25,003 nucleotides of DNA from a virus (lineage: Duplodnaviria; Caudoviricetes). Under the pieces are notes generated by a model. The model was not told where the DNA came from and did no database searches. It was given only the letters and a program-made list of their open reading frames with translations. A program made the position numbers and the translations under genes. The DNA is taken from IMG/VR virus record IMGVR_UViG_3300020477_000120, positions 1 to 25,003 of that record; one strand, written 5' to 3'. Of this stretch, positions 15,337 to 22,931 are shown in pieces; within the stretch, counting starts at the first letter, position 1, and every line of letters starts with the position of its first letter.

Positions 15337-15969
15337 TCATACCAGACACTCCTGATGAAGTGCAGACACATCAGCACCACCTGTGAAATAGCAATCCTGC
15401 TTTTCACCTATAAGGTTACACCAGTTGATCCACATGTTGACAGAACCACCTGCCTCATCCACTATGTCAAGGTATTGGTATACCTTGCGTGATTTTGTGT
15501 CCTCATTGTTACCTGAGGTTTGCAGGAATGCAGGTGTACCTTTGGACGCATCAAGCTCTGGCATGTAACGCTTGATGTTATGAACGTCCATACAACCTGC
15601 CTTGCCAGTAAGTAGCTGAACTACAAAGGCAGACTTAGGTATACCTAACCCTGGTACCTCTAAGAACAACATGATAAGATCATGATCAGCATCAGCCTTC
15701 TTGGCTTTGATGATGGACATAGCCCTAGCATATAGGTCATCACGATGCTTACGTACATAGGTAAGCCCTGTACGTTTGTTGCCCCAGATCCAAGATGACT
15801 TGAGACCTCTTTTTCTCCATTCACGCATGAACTTAGGCAAGAGAAAAGTCTGGACTCTAATACTAGCGAATACAAACGCTATAAGTTGCTCCATGTGCTT
15901 TGCACTGGTTTGACCAAAGGTACGTGTGTACCCATTATGCTGTAAATAATGTTTTCTAGTTGCTTCCAT
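15337..15969 (-). CDS. HhH-GPD superfamily DNA glycosylase-like protein
   Basis: 210 aa with the helix-hairpin-helix LFLEVPGLGIPKSAFVVQLL followed by GCMDVHN, placing Lys and Asp at OGG/EndoIII-type catalytic positions; RBS AGGAG. Confidence 0.65.
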   Translation of the reverse strand: MEATRKHYLQHNGYTRTFGQTSAKHMEQLIAFVFASIRVQTFLLPKFMREWRKRGLKSSWIWGNKRTGLTYVRKHRDDLYARAMSIIKAKKADADHDLIMLFLEVPGLGIPKSAFVVQLLTGKAGCMDVHNIKRYMPELDASKGTPAFLQTSGNNEDTKSRKVYQYLDIVDEAGGSVNMWINWCNLIGEKQDCYFTGGADVSALHQECLV

Positions 15970-16001
15970 AAGGATGCTCCTGTATGATTGCGATTGACTA
16001 A

Positions 16002-16030
16002 AGTATAGCAGGACTTGATGGACTTGTCAA
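16002..16030 (-). promoter_or_regulatory. Early sigma70 promoter
   Basis: TTGACA-N17-TATACT with an extended -10 TG. Confidence 0.85.
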
Positions 16031-16047
16031 GCCCTGCATGGTTCCTG

Positions 16048-16341
16048 CTATCCGAAGATACGTGCAAGGTATCCGAACAAATCTTTCATCTTCCTTCCAG
16101 GAAGGTTAGACTCCTTCACAAACTGACGCATGACCTTCATCTGGTGCATGAATTCAGGCCGAGGTTGACCTAAGTCCCACAGTATGATATCTTCACCTGT
16201 GGACTTGATCCGACCAAGGAATACACCTTTGCGTACAACCTTGTCACCATAACCTTCACGTATCCACTGCCCAGGATGAAAATTCTGACCTGCGGTTACG
16301 TTTTGGCCTTGCAGACCTTCGATTGCGTTTAAATACATCAT
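16048..16341 (-). CDS. Early phage hypothetical protein
   Basis: 97 aa containing FHPGQWI...KGVFLG. Confidence 0.75.
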   Translation of the reverse strand: MMYLNAIEGLQGQNVTAGQNFHPGQWIREGYGDKVVRKGVFLGRIKSTGEDIILWDLGQPRPEFMHQMKVMRQFVKESNLPGRKMKDLFGYLARIFG

Positions 16342-16380
16342 ATTGACCTTTTATTTGTCAATGATACATGGTTTTAGTTT

Positions 16381-16418
16381 AACACTACGCCAGCCACCAT
16401 GCAGACTAGCGTAGTGTT
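16381..16418 (-). other. 15-bp leader stem-loop
   Basis: AACACTACGCTAGTC/GGCTGGCGTAGTGTT, fully paired on the - strand with two G-U pairs. Confidence 0.65.
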
Positions 16419-16431
16419 TGTGATGCCATAT

Positions 16432-16460
16432 ATTATAGCATCTTAAAATCGGTTTGTCAA
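16432..16460 (-). promoter_or_regulatory. Early sigma70 promoter (perfect consensus)
   Basis: TTGACA-N17-TATAAT with an extended -10 TG; overlaps the end of the upstream gene. Confidence 0.85.
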
Positions 16461-16703
16461 GTCATCAGGGTCCATACCAACCTCACCCCCATGCTTGGCT
16501 ATAACACTGTTTACAACAGTGCGAGGAACAAAAGTATACACAGTACGTGTAGGTCTGTCACGATCCTCTGCGTACTCCATAATCAAGTCCTCTTTTTCCG
16601 AAGGAAACCCAATCTCTACGGAATTCTCATCACAATATGCCAAAGGCATATAATCTTGATCGATGACGGACATGTGAAATCCGTCTTCACAATATACCCA
16701 CAT
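16443..16703 (-). CDS. Conserved phage hypothetical protein
   Basis: 86 aa with RBS AGGAG; CEDGFHMSV...EIGFPS...YAED...TVY..VP..VV..VIAKHGG. Confidence 0.85.
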   Translation of the reverse strand: MWVYCEDGFHMSVIDQDYMPLAYCDENSVEIGFPSEKEDLIMEYAEDRDRPTRTVYTFVPRTVVNSVIAKHGGEVGMDPDDLTNRF

Positions 16704-16909
16704 TATCTCATGCTCCTAAATGAAGTGTCAAGGTTTTTCTTTGTATTTTCAATACAAGTTTTAAGCTTATTGATTTTATCCTTTACCAAGGATAACTCTT
16801 TTTTATCGCCAGTGAGTGCTACGTTATTCCGTACATGGTTGTACTTGTCCAGTTGTACCATGTGTCGGGCTAATGCAGCTTTTGTTCTGACTCGCTTATT
16901 TTCATTCAT
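16703..16909 (-). CDS. Small basic coiled-coil hypothetical protein
   Basis: 68 aa with RBS AGGAG; TAATG coupling to the next gene. Confidence 0.7.
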   Translation of the reverse strand: MNENKRVRTKAALARHMVQLDKYNHVRNNVALTGDKKELSLVKDKINKLKTCIENTKKNLDTSFRSMR

Positions 16910-16937
16910 AATAACATGCTCCTATTTTGAATGTCAA
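16908..16937 (-). promoter_or_regulatory. Probable early sigma70 promoter
   Basis: TTGACA-N18-TATTAT with an extended -10 TG; the -10 overlaps the start codon of 16703..16909. Confidence 0.5.
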
Positions 16938-16938
16938 G

Positions 16939-17205
16939 TTAAAAAGGACACGTAGTGTCATCAGGTTCGTCAAGATCCCATAATGGATCACAACACATAC
17001 CAGTCATCAAGAACTCTCGCTCGGACGCATTCAAGGTCGGGAAAGCATCTTGAATCAATGCACCACTATTATAGTCCATTAGATTCTGTTTGTCAACTAC
17101 CATCTCATGGTACTTCCCTGAAGTACACGTACCACTGAGGCATACAGAGTCATCTGTGATCATGTGGATGTGTACGTTGGGACCATGTAAGTATTTTTGA
17201 AACAT
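16939..17205 (-). CDS. Conserved phage hypothetical protein
   Basis: Start MFQKY (17205) after CAGGAG; contains GALIQDAFPTLNASEREFLMTG. Confidence 0.8.
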   Translation of the reverse strand: MFQKYLHGPNVHIHMITDDSVCLSGTCTSGKYHEMVVDKQNLMDYNSGALIQDAFPTLNASEREFLMTGMCCDPLWDLDEPDDTTCPF

Positions 17206-17231
17206 GTTAGCTCCTGTGTTCGTTTGCCTAT

Positions 17232-17260
17232 ATAATAGCACATCATTTGCTGATTGTCAA
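17232..17260 (-). promoter_or_regulatory. Early sigma70 promoter
   Basis: TTGACA-N17-TATTAT with an extended -10 TG. Confidence 0.8.
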
Positions 17261-17422
17261 GTCCACCAGATCACGTATCATACGTTGGTTACGTGTGATG
17301 CAAAACAAATCAATGTTGTTCTCACTTGCCAACGTAATACCACTCACTATGTGACCTTTCATGAACAAATTAAAAGATGGTTGAAGATCATCACCTTTAT
17401 CCCATGATTTTAAACACCGCAT
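17243..17422 (-). CDS. Small early hypothetical protein
   Basis: Not in the ORF track (59 aa): MRCLKSWDKGDDLQPSFNLFMKGHIVSGITLASENNIDLFCITRNQRMIRDLVDLTISK, with RBS ATAGGAG and its own promoter. Confidence 0.75.
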   Translation of the reverse strand: MRCLKSWDKGDDLQPSFNLFMKGHIVSGITLASENNIDLFCITRNQRMIRDLVDLTISK

Positions 17423-17448
17423 GATTGCTCCTATGTGTGTTTGTCTAC

Positions 17449-17478
17449 ATTATAGCATGTGTCTTGATCGTTTGTCAA
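17449..17478 (-). promoter_or_regulatory. Early sigma70 promoter
   Basis: TTGACA-N18-TATAAT with an extended -10 TG. Confidence 0.8.
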
Positions 17479-17550
17479 GTCACTGGTTTACTTGTGTAAC
17501 ACAAGTACCTATGGATCACTCAAGATCGCTTGTGTACCTGTGTTACTTTC

Positions 17551-17579
17551 AGTATACCATGTGATTATACAATTGTCAA
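17551..17579 (-). promoter_or_regulatory. Early sigma70 promoter
   Basis: TTGACA-N17-TATACT with an extended -10 TG. Confidence 0.8.
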
Positions 17580-17581
17580 GA

Positions 17582-17758
17582 CTACCTTGCCCATGACCAT
17601 TTAGCAATTGTAAATTGCTCACGTTTCCTGAAGGCACCTGTGGACCTACGTTTAGGCCCGTCTGGACATACGTCTATACGCTTTGGCCCGTCTGTGCTCA
17701 CTGGCACAAGACGATCAGGATTGATACCTTGGGCCAATAGTTTCTCTCGCTGTGTCAT
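17582..17758 (-). CDS. Small basic protein, probable first early gene
   Basis: Start MTQREK (17758) after ATAGGAG; 58 aa with an internal DGPKR duplication. Confidence 0.7.
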   Translation of the reverse strand: MTQREKLLAQGINPDRLVPVSTDGPKRIDVCPDGPKRRSTGAFRKREQFTIAKWSWAR

Positions 17759-17851
17759 ACATGCTCCTATGTTTGTGTGTTTGCGTTTGTGTAACGTGCA
17801 CTCAAGCATCTGATCTGTCTGATTGCTGTGCCGTTGCTCACGTTGGCTTCA

Positions 17852-17879
17852 AGTATACAGGTTGAAACGCAAAAGTCAA
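17852..17879 (-). promoter_or_regulatory. Probable first early promoter
   Basis: TTGACT-N16-TATACT. Confidence 0.5.
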
Positions 17880-18346
17880 ATCGAGGGTCTCTCTGGCACC
17901 GAAGGTGCTGTGCGTACACGAGGGCAGCCGTGATCACGTTGCTAACACACGCAACGACCTTGGTCGTCACACGGCAACACACGTTACGTTGGTCACCTTG
18001 GTTTAACTACGTTAAAAAAACAGATGCAATTGGATATATAGCTAATCAAACCAATGAATACCTATATACCCAATCAATCCTCGTGTGTACACAGGTATGC
18101 AAGCGTCATACCAGCGTTTACCTGCGTATACATAGGCATGACTCGTGCATGGGCACACACGTACACACAGGAATGCAAAAGTCGTGCCACAAGTTCACGT
18201 GGGACACCCCCGATGGGGGACATTTCCATTCCCATCGATTGCTAACCATCTCATATTTTTTTACCAAATTATGACTAACAGGACATTAGATACATACATT
18301 AGTATACCATAGTCCACTTTAGTAGTACCACTACACTATATACTAA
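17880..18346. other. Non-coding genome-end / probable direct terminal repeat region
   Basis: Lies between terL and the first early promoter, as at the T7 concatemer junction. No - strand ORF with an RBS; contains the CCCCC-GAT-GGGGG palindrome (18207-18219) and AATTTGGTAAAAAAATATGAG on the - strand (about 18250-18270). Confidence 0.65.
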
Positions 18347-20020
18347 CTATATACTAAACCATCTAGGTTGTACTTCAGTAAACTTATTTACACTCATGGC
18401 ATTCTGCATGAATATCTCAAGTTCCTTATCTAGTAAATAATCTTTCCTTGTCTTCATCTCACGATCTACATCAGCAGACATTTGTTCTACCCAGTATGCT
18501 ACTGCCATAGACAACACATCCAGTCTGTCGTCATGTACTAAAGCCCCACGTTCTTTAGTTACCCTAGTCATCTGGTAAGCTAACATGTACTTAGGTTGCT
18601 TTTCTGGTGGGTAGTGTTGTACTGAACTATAGTCTTTCTCAAGTGCTTTCCTGTCGATCACTAGCTTATGCTGATTCATCACAGGTTCTAAGACATCAAT
18701 AATCCTTTTCTCTTTCTGGATGTTGTGTCTGACTTCTTCTATCGTCACAGGGTGAACCTTAGTCAACACAGGTTTAAGCAACTCAGTAAACATACCATCA
18801 CCGAAGTTAGACTCCACAAGTACATAGTTTACCTTATGCTGCCTTGCAATCATGCTTATGGTCTTCAGTACACGTTCTCCATAACCACCCTCTATGCCCC
18901 CAAAGTCTACAACATAAAGATAACCATTCAGCATCTTAACTACAGCGTATGCTGTTTCGTCTTGCCCACGACCACTAGGGTCAATTGCTAACAGTGACCC
19001 TGTGTAATCAATGTAATCTCCAACAGTATCCAAGGGCTTATAATAAAAGTCACCAGGAAGCCCGACATTAGGAATGTCAACAATCTTATCCTTGTCTCTT
19101 CCCCAAATAATCTTCTCTGGTCCCTTTTCACTATCTACATCCATTACAATCAAATCCTCAAGTTTAAGTGGGTATCTATTGGCATCACTTAAACTCGTAT
19201 CTAACATAAACTGTAGGCTGAACCCTGATCTACCATAGGACAACTCACGTTCCAATAAATCATGGTCATTAAAACGTCTAGGGTCAGTAGGTTGTCCTGT
19301 GATGGTAGGATCAGTGTCCACCTGTCTAACTAGCGTATCCGCCAGTCTACCATTGTACTTAATAGTATCCTTTGGGTATCTAGCGGGCCATATTTTAACT
19401 TTGTATCCACGTTCAGGTAATACTTCATACAAACTCATTTCAGTCTGTGGTGTACCTAAATACACAACACGACCATCAGGTTTTAAGACAGCATCAAATT
19501 CTTTGACAGCCTCAGAGATCTTGTCTCTCATAGTTTGTGTCATGGAGTTATTAGGTATCTCTATGTCATCTGCAATAATCAAGTCTGCTCGACTACCAGC
19601 CAACTGACCAGTGATACCAGCAGACTTCACAGAGGGACTGTGAGATGCTTTGGCAGGACCAACGTCAAAACTAATCTTAGATTGACGCTGGTTGTCTCTA
19701 GGAATGAGATGTTGAAGAAGCGGCATCTCCTGAATAAGCCGCATGGTAAAGGTGCTGAAGTCATCTGCTCTTATCTTACTTGCAGATACCACCAGTATTT
19801 TAACTTCAGGGTTGAGATATAATTGGTGACATGCGTAAGCAGAGGTAATGTAAGATTTCCCTGCACCACGAAATGCCTCTATGACAATACGTTTTTCATC
19901 TGACTGTAGATATTCAGCCATATCATACTGTACTGGAGTAGGCTCTGGAAGGTTTAAATGGGACCACACGACAAAAAGAAAGTTACGGAAGTCTCTCAGG
20001 TCATCTACTATCGTTTCCAT
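18347..20020 (-). CDS. terL: Terminase large subunit (T7 gp19-like)
   Basis: EAFRGAGKS (Walker A), IIADDIE (Walker B), IDPSGRGQDE, ESNFGDGM and HDDRLD. Confidence 0.97.
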   Translation of the reverse strand: METIVDDLRDFRNFLFVVWSHLNLPEPTPVQYDMAEYLQSDEKRIVIEAFRGAGKSYITSAYACHQLYLNPEVKILVVSASKIRADDFSTFTMRLIQEMPLLQHLIPRDNQRQSKISFDVGPAKASHSPSVKSAGITGQLAGSRADLIIADDIEIPNNSMTQTMRDKISEAVKEFDAVLKPDGRVVYLGTPQTEMSLYEVLPERGYKVKIWPARYPKDTIKYNGRLADTLVRQVDTDPTITGQPTDPRRFNDHDLLERELSYGRSGFSLQFMLDTSLSDANRYPLKLEDLIVMDVDSEKGPEKIIWGRDKDKIVDIPNVGLPGDFYYKPLDTVGDYIDYTGSLLAIDPSGRGQDETAYAVVKMLNGYLYVVDFGGIEGGYGERVLKTISMIARQHKVNYVLVESNFGDGMFTELLKPVLTKVHPVTIEEVRHNIQKEKRIIDVLEPVMNQHKLVIDRKALEKDYSSVQHYPPEKQPKYMLAYQMTRVTKERGALVHDDRLDVLSMAVAYWVEQMSADVDREMKTRKDYLLDKELEIFMQNAMSVNKFTEVQPRWFSI

Positions 20021-20045
20021 TCGTCTACGTCCGTTGTATGATTAA

Positions 20046-20375
20046 TTATATACTTAATTCTTTTTTATTAAACCCAAGTTCACCAGCACATATATCAGCT
20101 AACCTGTTATATTCATCTTGCATGGGTTTACCTGATTTCTTTTGTATCTCAGCGTAGGTATATAGTTCTCTAGTTTTATCTAATATACAATCACACATCA
20201 TACCATTAATTTGTGGTGACTGAGGATTTGTCATATTAGCCCCTTGGTAACATCCCATCCACAGTATTCTAATCTGCTGTGTAGTGAATGAACCCTTGGT
20301 TTTAATACCCCAAGTAGCACTAGGTAATAATAATGCTATTACGAGGGCTATATGAATTATTATATAGCGTATCAT
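20046..20375 (-). CDS. Small secreted/periplasmic four-Cys protein
   Basis: Signal peptide MIRYIIIHIALVIALLLPSATWG; Cys pattern C..CxC..C; RBS AGGAG. Confidence 0.75.
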   Translation of the reverse strand: MIRYIIIHIALVIALLLPSATWGIKTKGSFTTQQIRILWMGCYQGANMTNPQSPQINGMMCDCILDKTRELYTYAEIQKKSGKPMQDEYNRLADICAGELGFNKKELSI

Positions 20376-20428
20376 AGTTACTCCTTTTAGGAGGTTTGTT
20401 TGGTTTAGGTTTATTATTATATTCCATA

Positions 20429-20887
20429 TTAATATCTTGATATGAATCTAGCTATTGGTTGAATAAAAGGTAGCAGTGTAACTGCCATTAATGCGTTGAC
20501 ACCTGTGTGCACAAGTGCGATATGTTTTGTTGTACCTGTGGGTATCCCATCGGATACCATGAGTCCTGCAAGCCAGATGGTACCTGTGGTACCTATGTTA
20601 GCACCTAGTACAGCAGCTATAGCAGAGGGTAGTGGTAGAGCACCACTGGCTACCAAACCTACGATAGCAGTAGTGCTAAGTGAACTAGATTGCCACAGCA
20701 ATGTACACACAATACCACCAAAGAACATCCAGTAGGGGTTACCCATGAAATACTGTAGGTGCTCAATGTTGCCCATAGCTTTCATACCACCAGCAAACAT
20801 CTTTAGACCAATGTAAAAGACAACCAACCCTACCAGAGTAATAATTATGGGGTTACCAAACTCAATTGATTTCACGTAATTGTTCAC
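20429..20887 (-). CDS. Na+/Pi cotransporter family protein (NptA/SLC34 type), single repeat
   Basis: Signatures TLLWQSSS and LGANIGTT, plus ALVH...N; 152 aa and hydrophobic. Confidence 0.9.
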   Translation of the reverse strand: MNNYVKSIEFGNPIIITLVGLVVFYIGLKMFAGGMKAMGNIEHLQYFMGNPYWMFFGGIVCTLLWQSSSLSTTAIVGLVASGALPLPSAIAAVLGANIGTTGTIWLAGLMVSDGIPTGTTKHIALVHTGVNALMAVTLLPFIQPIARFISRY

Positions 20888-21086
20888 GAGAAGGAAAAGG
20901 CATACTATTGACTAAATTGCCAAGAGGAGACCCTTCGGTTGCTAGTCCTTCTATATTATTATCCTTGAGGAACTTTATGGAGTTCGCTATGTCAGCAGGG
21001 AGTGCTTCACCACTTCTAATCCTGCGAAGTAGCTCAAGTGCTACCGAACCATGCAGTTCCTCTAGTATCTCTTTTTTAGCTTTCAT
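20862..21086 (-). CDS. terS: Terminase small subunit (T7 gp18-like)
   Basis: LEELH..VA.ELL.RIRSGEA.PADI..SIKFLKDNNI motif, upstream of terL. Confidence 0.88.
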   Translation of the reverse strand: MKAKKEILEELHGSVALELLRRIRSGEALPADIANSIKFLKDNNIEGLATEGSPLGNLVNSMPFPSREQLREIN

Positions 21087-21382
21087 TTATTTTTGACTTT
21101 TAACTCTTCTAACCTTGGTCTCATTTTTGCCCAAAACTCTTTCCAACCTCGGTCATTTCTAGTGGGGTCGTTTTTAATATCTTTTTTACTATGAGGCTTA
21201 CTTGTCCAGTTAGCAGGGTTTTTACCTCCTGGTTTTTGACTTGGGTTATCTTTGAAAAACTTATTCATTATTTTGTAACCAGTTTTCCTAGACATCCCTC
21301 TAGGTCCACCAGCAAAACCAAATCCGTCAATTATGTCACCTGTGTTTGTCTTAGGTGTCTTCTTGTAGTTTTTAGTAGCCAT
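21083..21382 (-). CDS. Basic hypothetical protein
   Basis: 99 aa, Lys-rich, translationally coupled on both sides. Confidence 0.7.
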   Translation of the reverse strand: MATKNYKKTPKTNTGDIIDGFGFAGGPRGMSRKTGYKIMNKFFKDNPSQKPGGKNPANWTSKPHSKKDIKNDPTRNDRGWKEFWAKMRPRLEELKVKNK

Positions 21383-21840
21383 TAGGTAAGTCCCTCTTGA
21401 TACACAGTTTTTCCATCGTTCTTAACTGCTCTTAACACACGTTTCCTATTTTCTTCTTTGTTATAGGACACATGGACCCAACCAGAAGCAGGGTCTTGAG
21501 GTGTGTAAAACTCAAGTATCAACTGGTCGAACTCAAGGTTATCCCGAATCCACTCAGCTAACTCCATGTTACTGATAGCAGGACACTCGATGTCTGCCGC
21601 CATGCCTTGCACATGCTGTGAGTTATCTCCGCTACCAATCTTTCGGTTAAGCTCAAGTACACGTAGCCCTGAGTTGACATCAACACGACCATGAGCATCT
21701 CGTACCTTTTGTAGTACGCAATTGGTGAGTACAGCTAGGTTAATGAGTTGCTCTTGGTCTGGAGTATTATTAATGTTATGTCTAACTGCTGTGGTAGACT
21801 TGGTAAGCTCTTTGAGACTAAAGTTTTTACTTAACTTCAT
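21382..21840 (-). CDS. Peptidase M15-family endolysin
   Basis: MKLSKNFSLKEL, SGLR..ELN..IG....SQH..G.AADI and WVHVS (Zn ligands H, D, H). Confidence 0.92.
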   Translation of the reverse strand: MKLSKNFSLKELTKSTTAVRHNINNTPDQEQLINLAVLTNCVLQKVRDAHGRVDVNSGLRVLELNRKIGSGDNSQHVQGMAADIECPAISNMELAEWIRDNLEFDQLILEFYTPQDPASGWVHVSYNKEENRKRVLRAVKNDGKTVYQEGLT

Positions 21841-22025
21841 CCAATAAATTCCTTAAATGTCTTAAACTGGTTATCAGGCATCATATCTACAACATCATCT
21901 AACATCTTCTTCTGGTCTTCATCCAGGTTTCTTTCAATTGCTTCAGCAACATGTTCTTTAGCTAACGATTGTGCTTGATCCAATACCAATGACTGGACTA
22001 CATTAAGGAGTAACGCTGGTAGCAT
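21837..22025 (-). CDS. Small hypothetical lysis-region protein
   Basis: Likely start MLPALLL at 22025; ATGA overlap with the endolysin gene. Confidence 0.65.
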   Translation of the reverse strand: MLPALLLNVVQSLVLDQAQSLAKEHVAEAIERNLDEDQKKMLDDVVDMMPDNQFKTFKEFIG

Positions 22026-22341
22026 CTTTTTCTTCTTTCGGTTTAGTTGGTGGTTCTGGGTTGTGTTCTGGCTCATCGTGTGCTACTTCAAACCAATGCT
22101 TTCCCAACATACCTATAATGGGTAGAAAGGCACCAAAAGCCAAGTTAATAAGGTCTTTACTAGACTGAGCTAGTTCGTCAGGCTTGTTTACCATAGTAAA
22201 GACAAGCCAACCAAAAAGACCAAAGGCAAGTAACGATATAAGAAACCTTGCCCAAAATCTAAGTTTCATAAGTTGTATATGTGGGTCATCCTTGGGTTTC
22301 CCACCATTCTTTACAGTTGTTTTTTCTGTTACTGTTTCCAT
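22003..22341 (-). CDS. Two-TM membrane protein, holin candidate
   Basis: Two hydrophobic helices (FWARFLISLLAFGLFGWLVFTMV and LINLAFGAFLPIIGML) with charged termini; upstream of the endolysin. Confidence 0.65.
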   Translation of the reverse strand: METVTEKTTVKNGGKPKDDPHIQLMKLRFWARFLISLLAFGLFGWLVFTMVNKPDELAQSSKDLINLAFGAFLPIIGMLGKHWFEVAHDEPEHNPEPPTKPKEEKDATSVTP

Positions 22342-22343
22342 TG

Positions 22344-22604
22344 TTACATTGCATCAGGACCAAACATAAATACTTCAGGATCTGGTTTGGTTGTGGTTTT
22401 AATTTTATTGTTTGGATGAGGAATAAATTCATCCTTTGGTATCTTAGGTTTCCAAAGCATTATACTAGCGTACACTTTATTACCTTTATACATTGAAATA
22501 TCATGATCCCAAATATCGAGATCAAGGTGTTGAATAGTACCCCCTCCATCATCCTCGTGTTTCCAACCGAAGTGGAATGGAGAATCAACTTTTAAGATAC
22601 TCAC
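22344..22604 (-). CDS. Hypothetical protein
   Basis: 86 aa; GTGA overlap with the upstream gene. Confidence 0.6.
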   Translation of the reverse strand: MSILKVDSPFHFGWKHEDDGGGTIQHLDLDIWDHDISMYKGNKVYASIMLWKPKIPKDEFIPHPNNKIKTTTKPDPEVFMFGPDAM

Positions 22605-22924
22605 TTACCTTTTGTTATTTCTTTAATTGCTTGAGTATTTGACTCTAATGCTAGTTTAATCTGAAGAATAGCATCTGAGGATTTCTCGATCATATCCAAG
22701 AGTCTACCATCGTGTTCTTCGTCTTTCTTCCAGAACTCTTCACGTTCTTTTTTCGCTAGTTCACTTTGGTACCTAATGAACCAGAATGCAGCTATGATGA
22801 CACAGGCAGGGATGCCTAAGTCCATCACCATTTGATATAAGTCAGGCATAGCCTCCGTTGTGTTGATTGTTGTACTAGGATAGTTATAATATTGATCCGC
22901 TGGGTTTGGATGATGTCCGCTCAT
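22601..22924 (-). CDS. Single-TM plus coiled-coil protein (BhlA/UviB-like holin candidate)
   Basis: LGIPACVIIAAFWFI followed by a charged coiled coil; RBS GAGGA. Confidence 0.65.
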   Translation of the reverse strand: MSGHHPNPADQYYNYPSTTINTTEAMPDLYQMVMDLGIPACVIIAAFWFIRYQSELAKKEREEFWKKDEEHDGRLLDMIEKSSDAILQIKLALESNTQAIKEITKGK

Positions 22925-22931
22925 TTATTCC

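Noticed and set aside
16336-16361. TTGACA upstream of 16048..16341 as a promoter
   Set aside because: No -10 element at 16-18 bp spacing.
15169-17879. CRISPR-like or integron attC array in the repeated early intergenic elements
   Set aside because: The repeats are degenerate promoter/RBS motifs with gene-length spacing; there are no identical direct repeats, attC boxes, cas genes or integrase.
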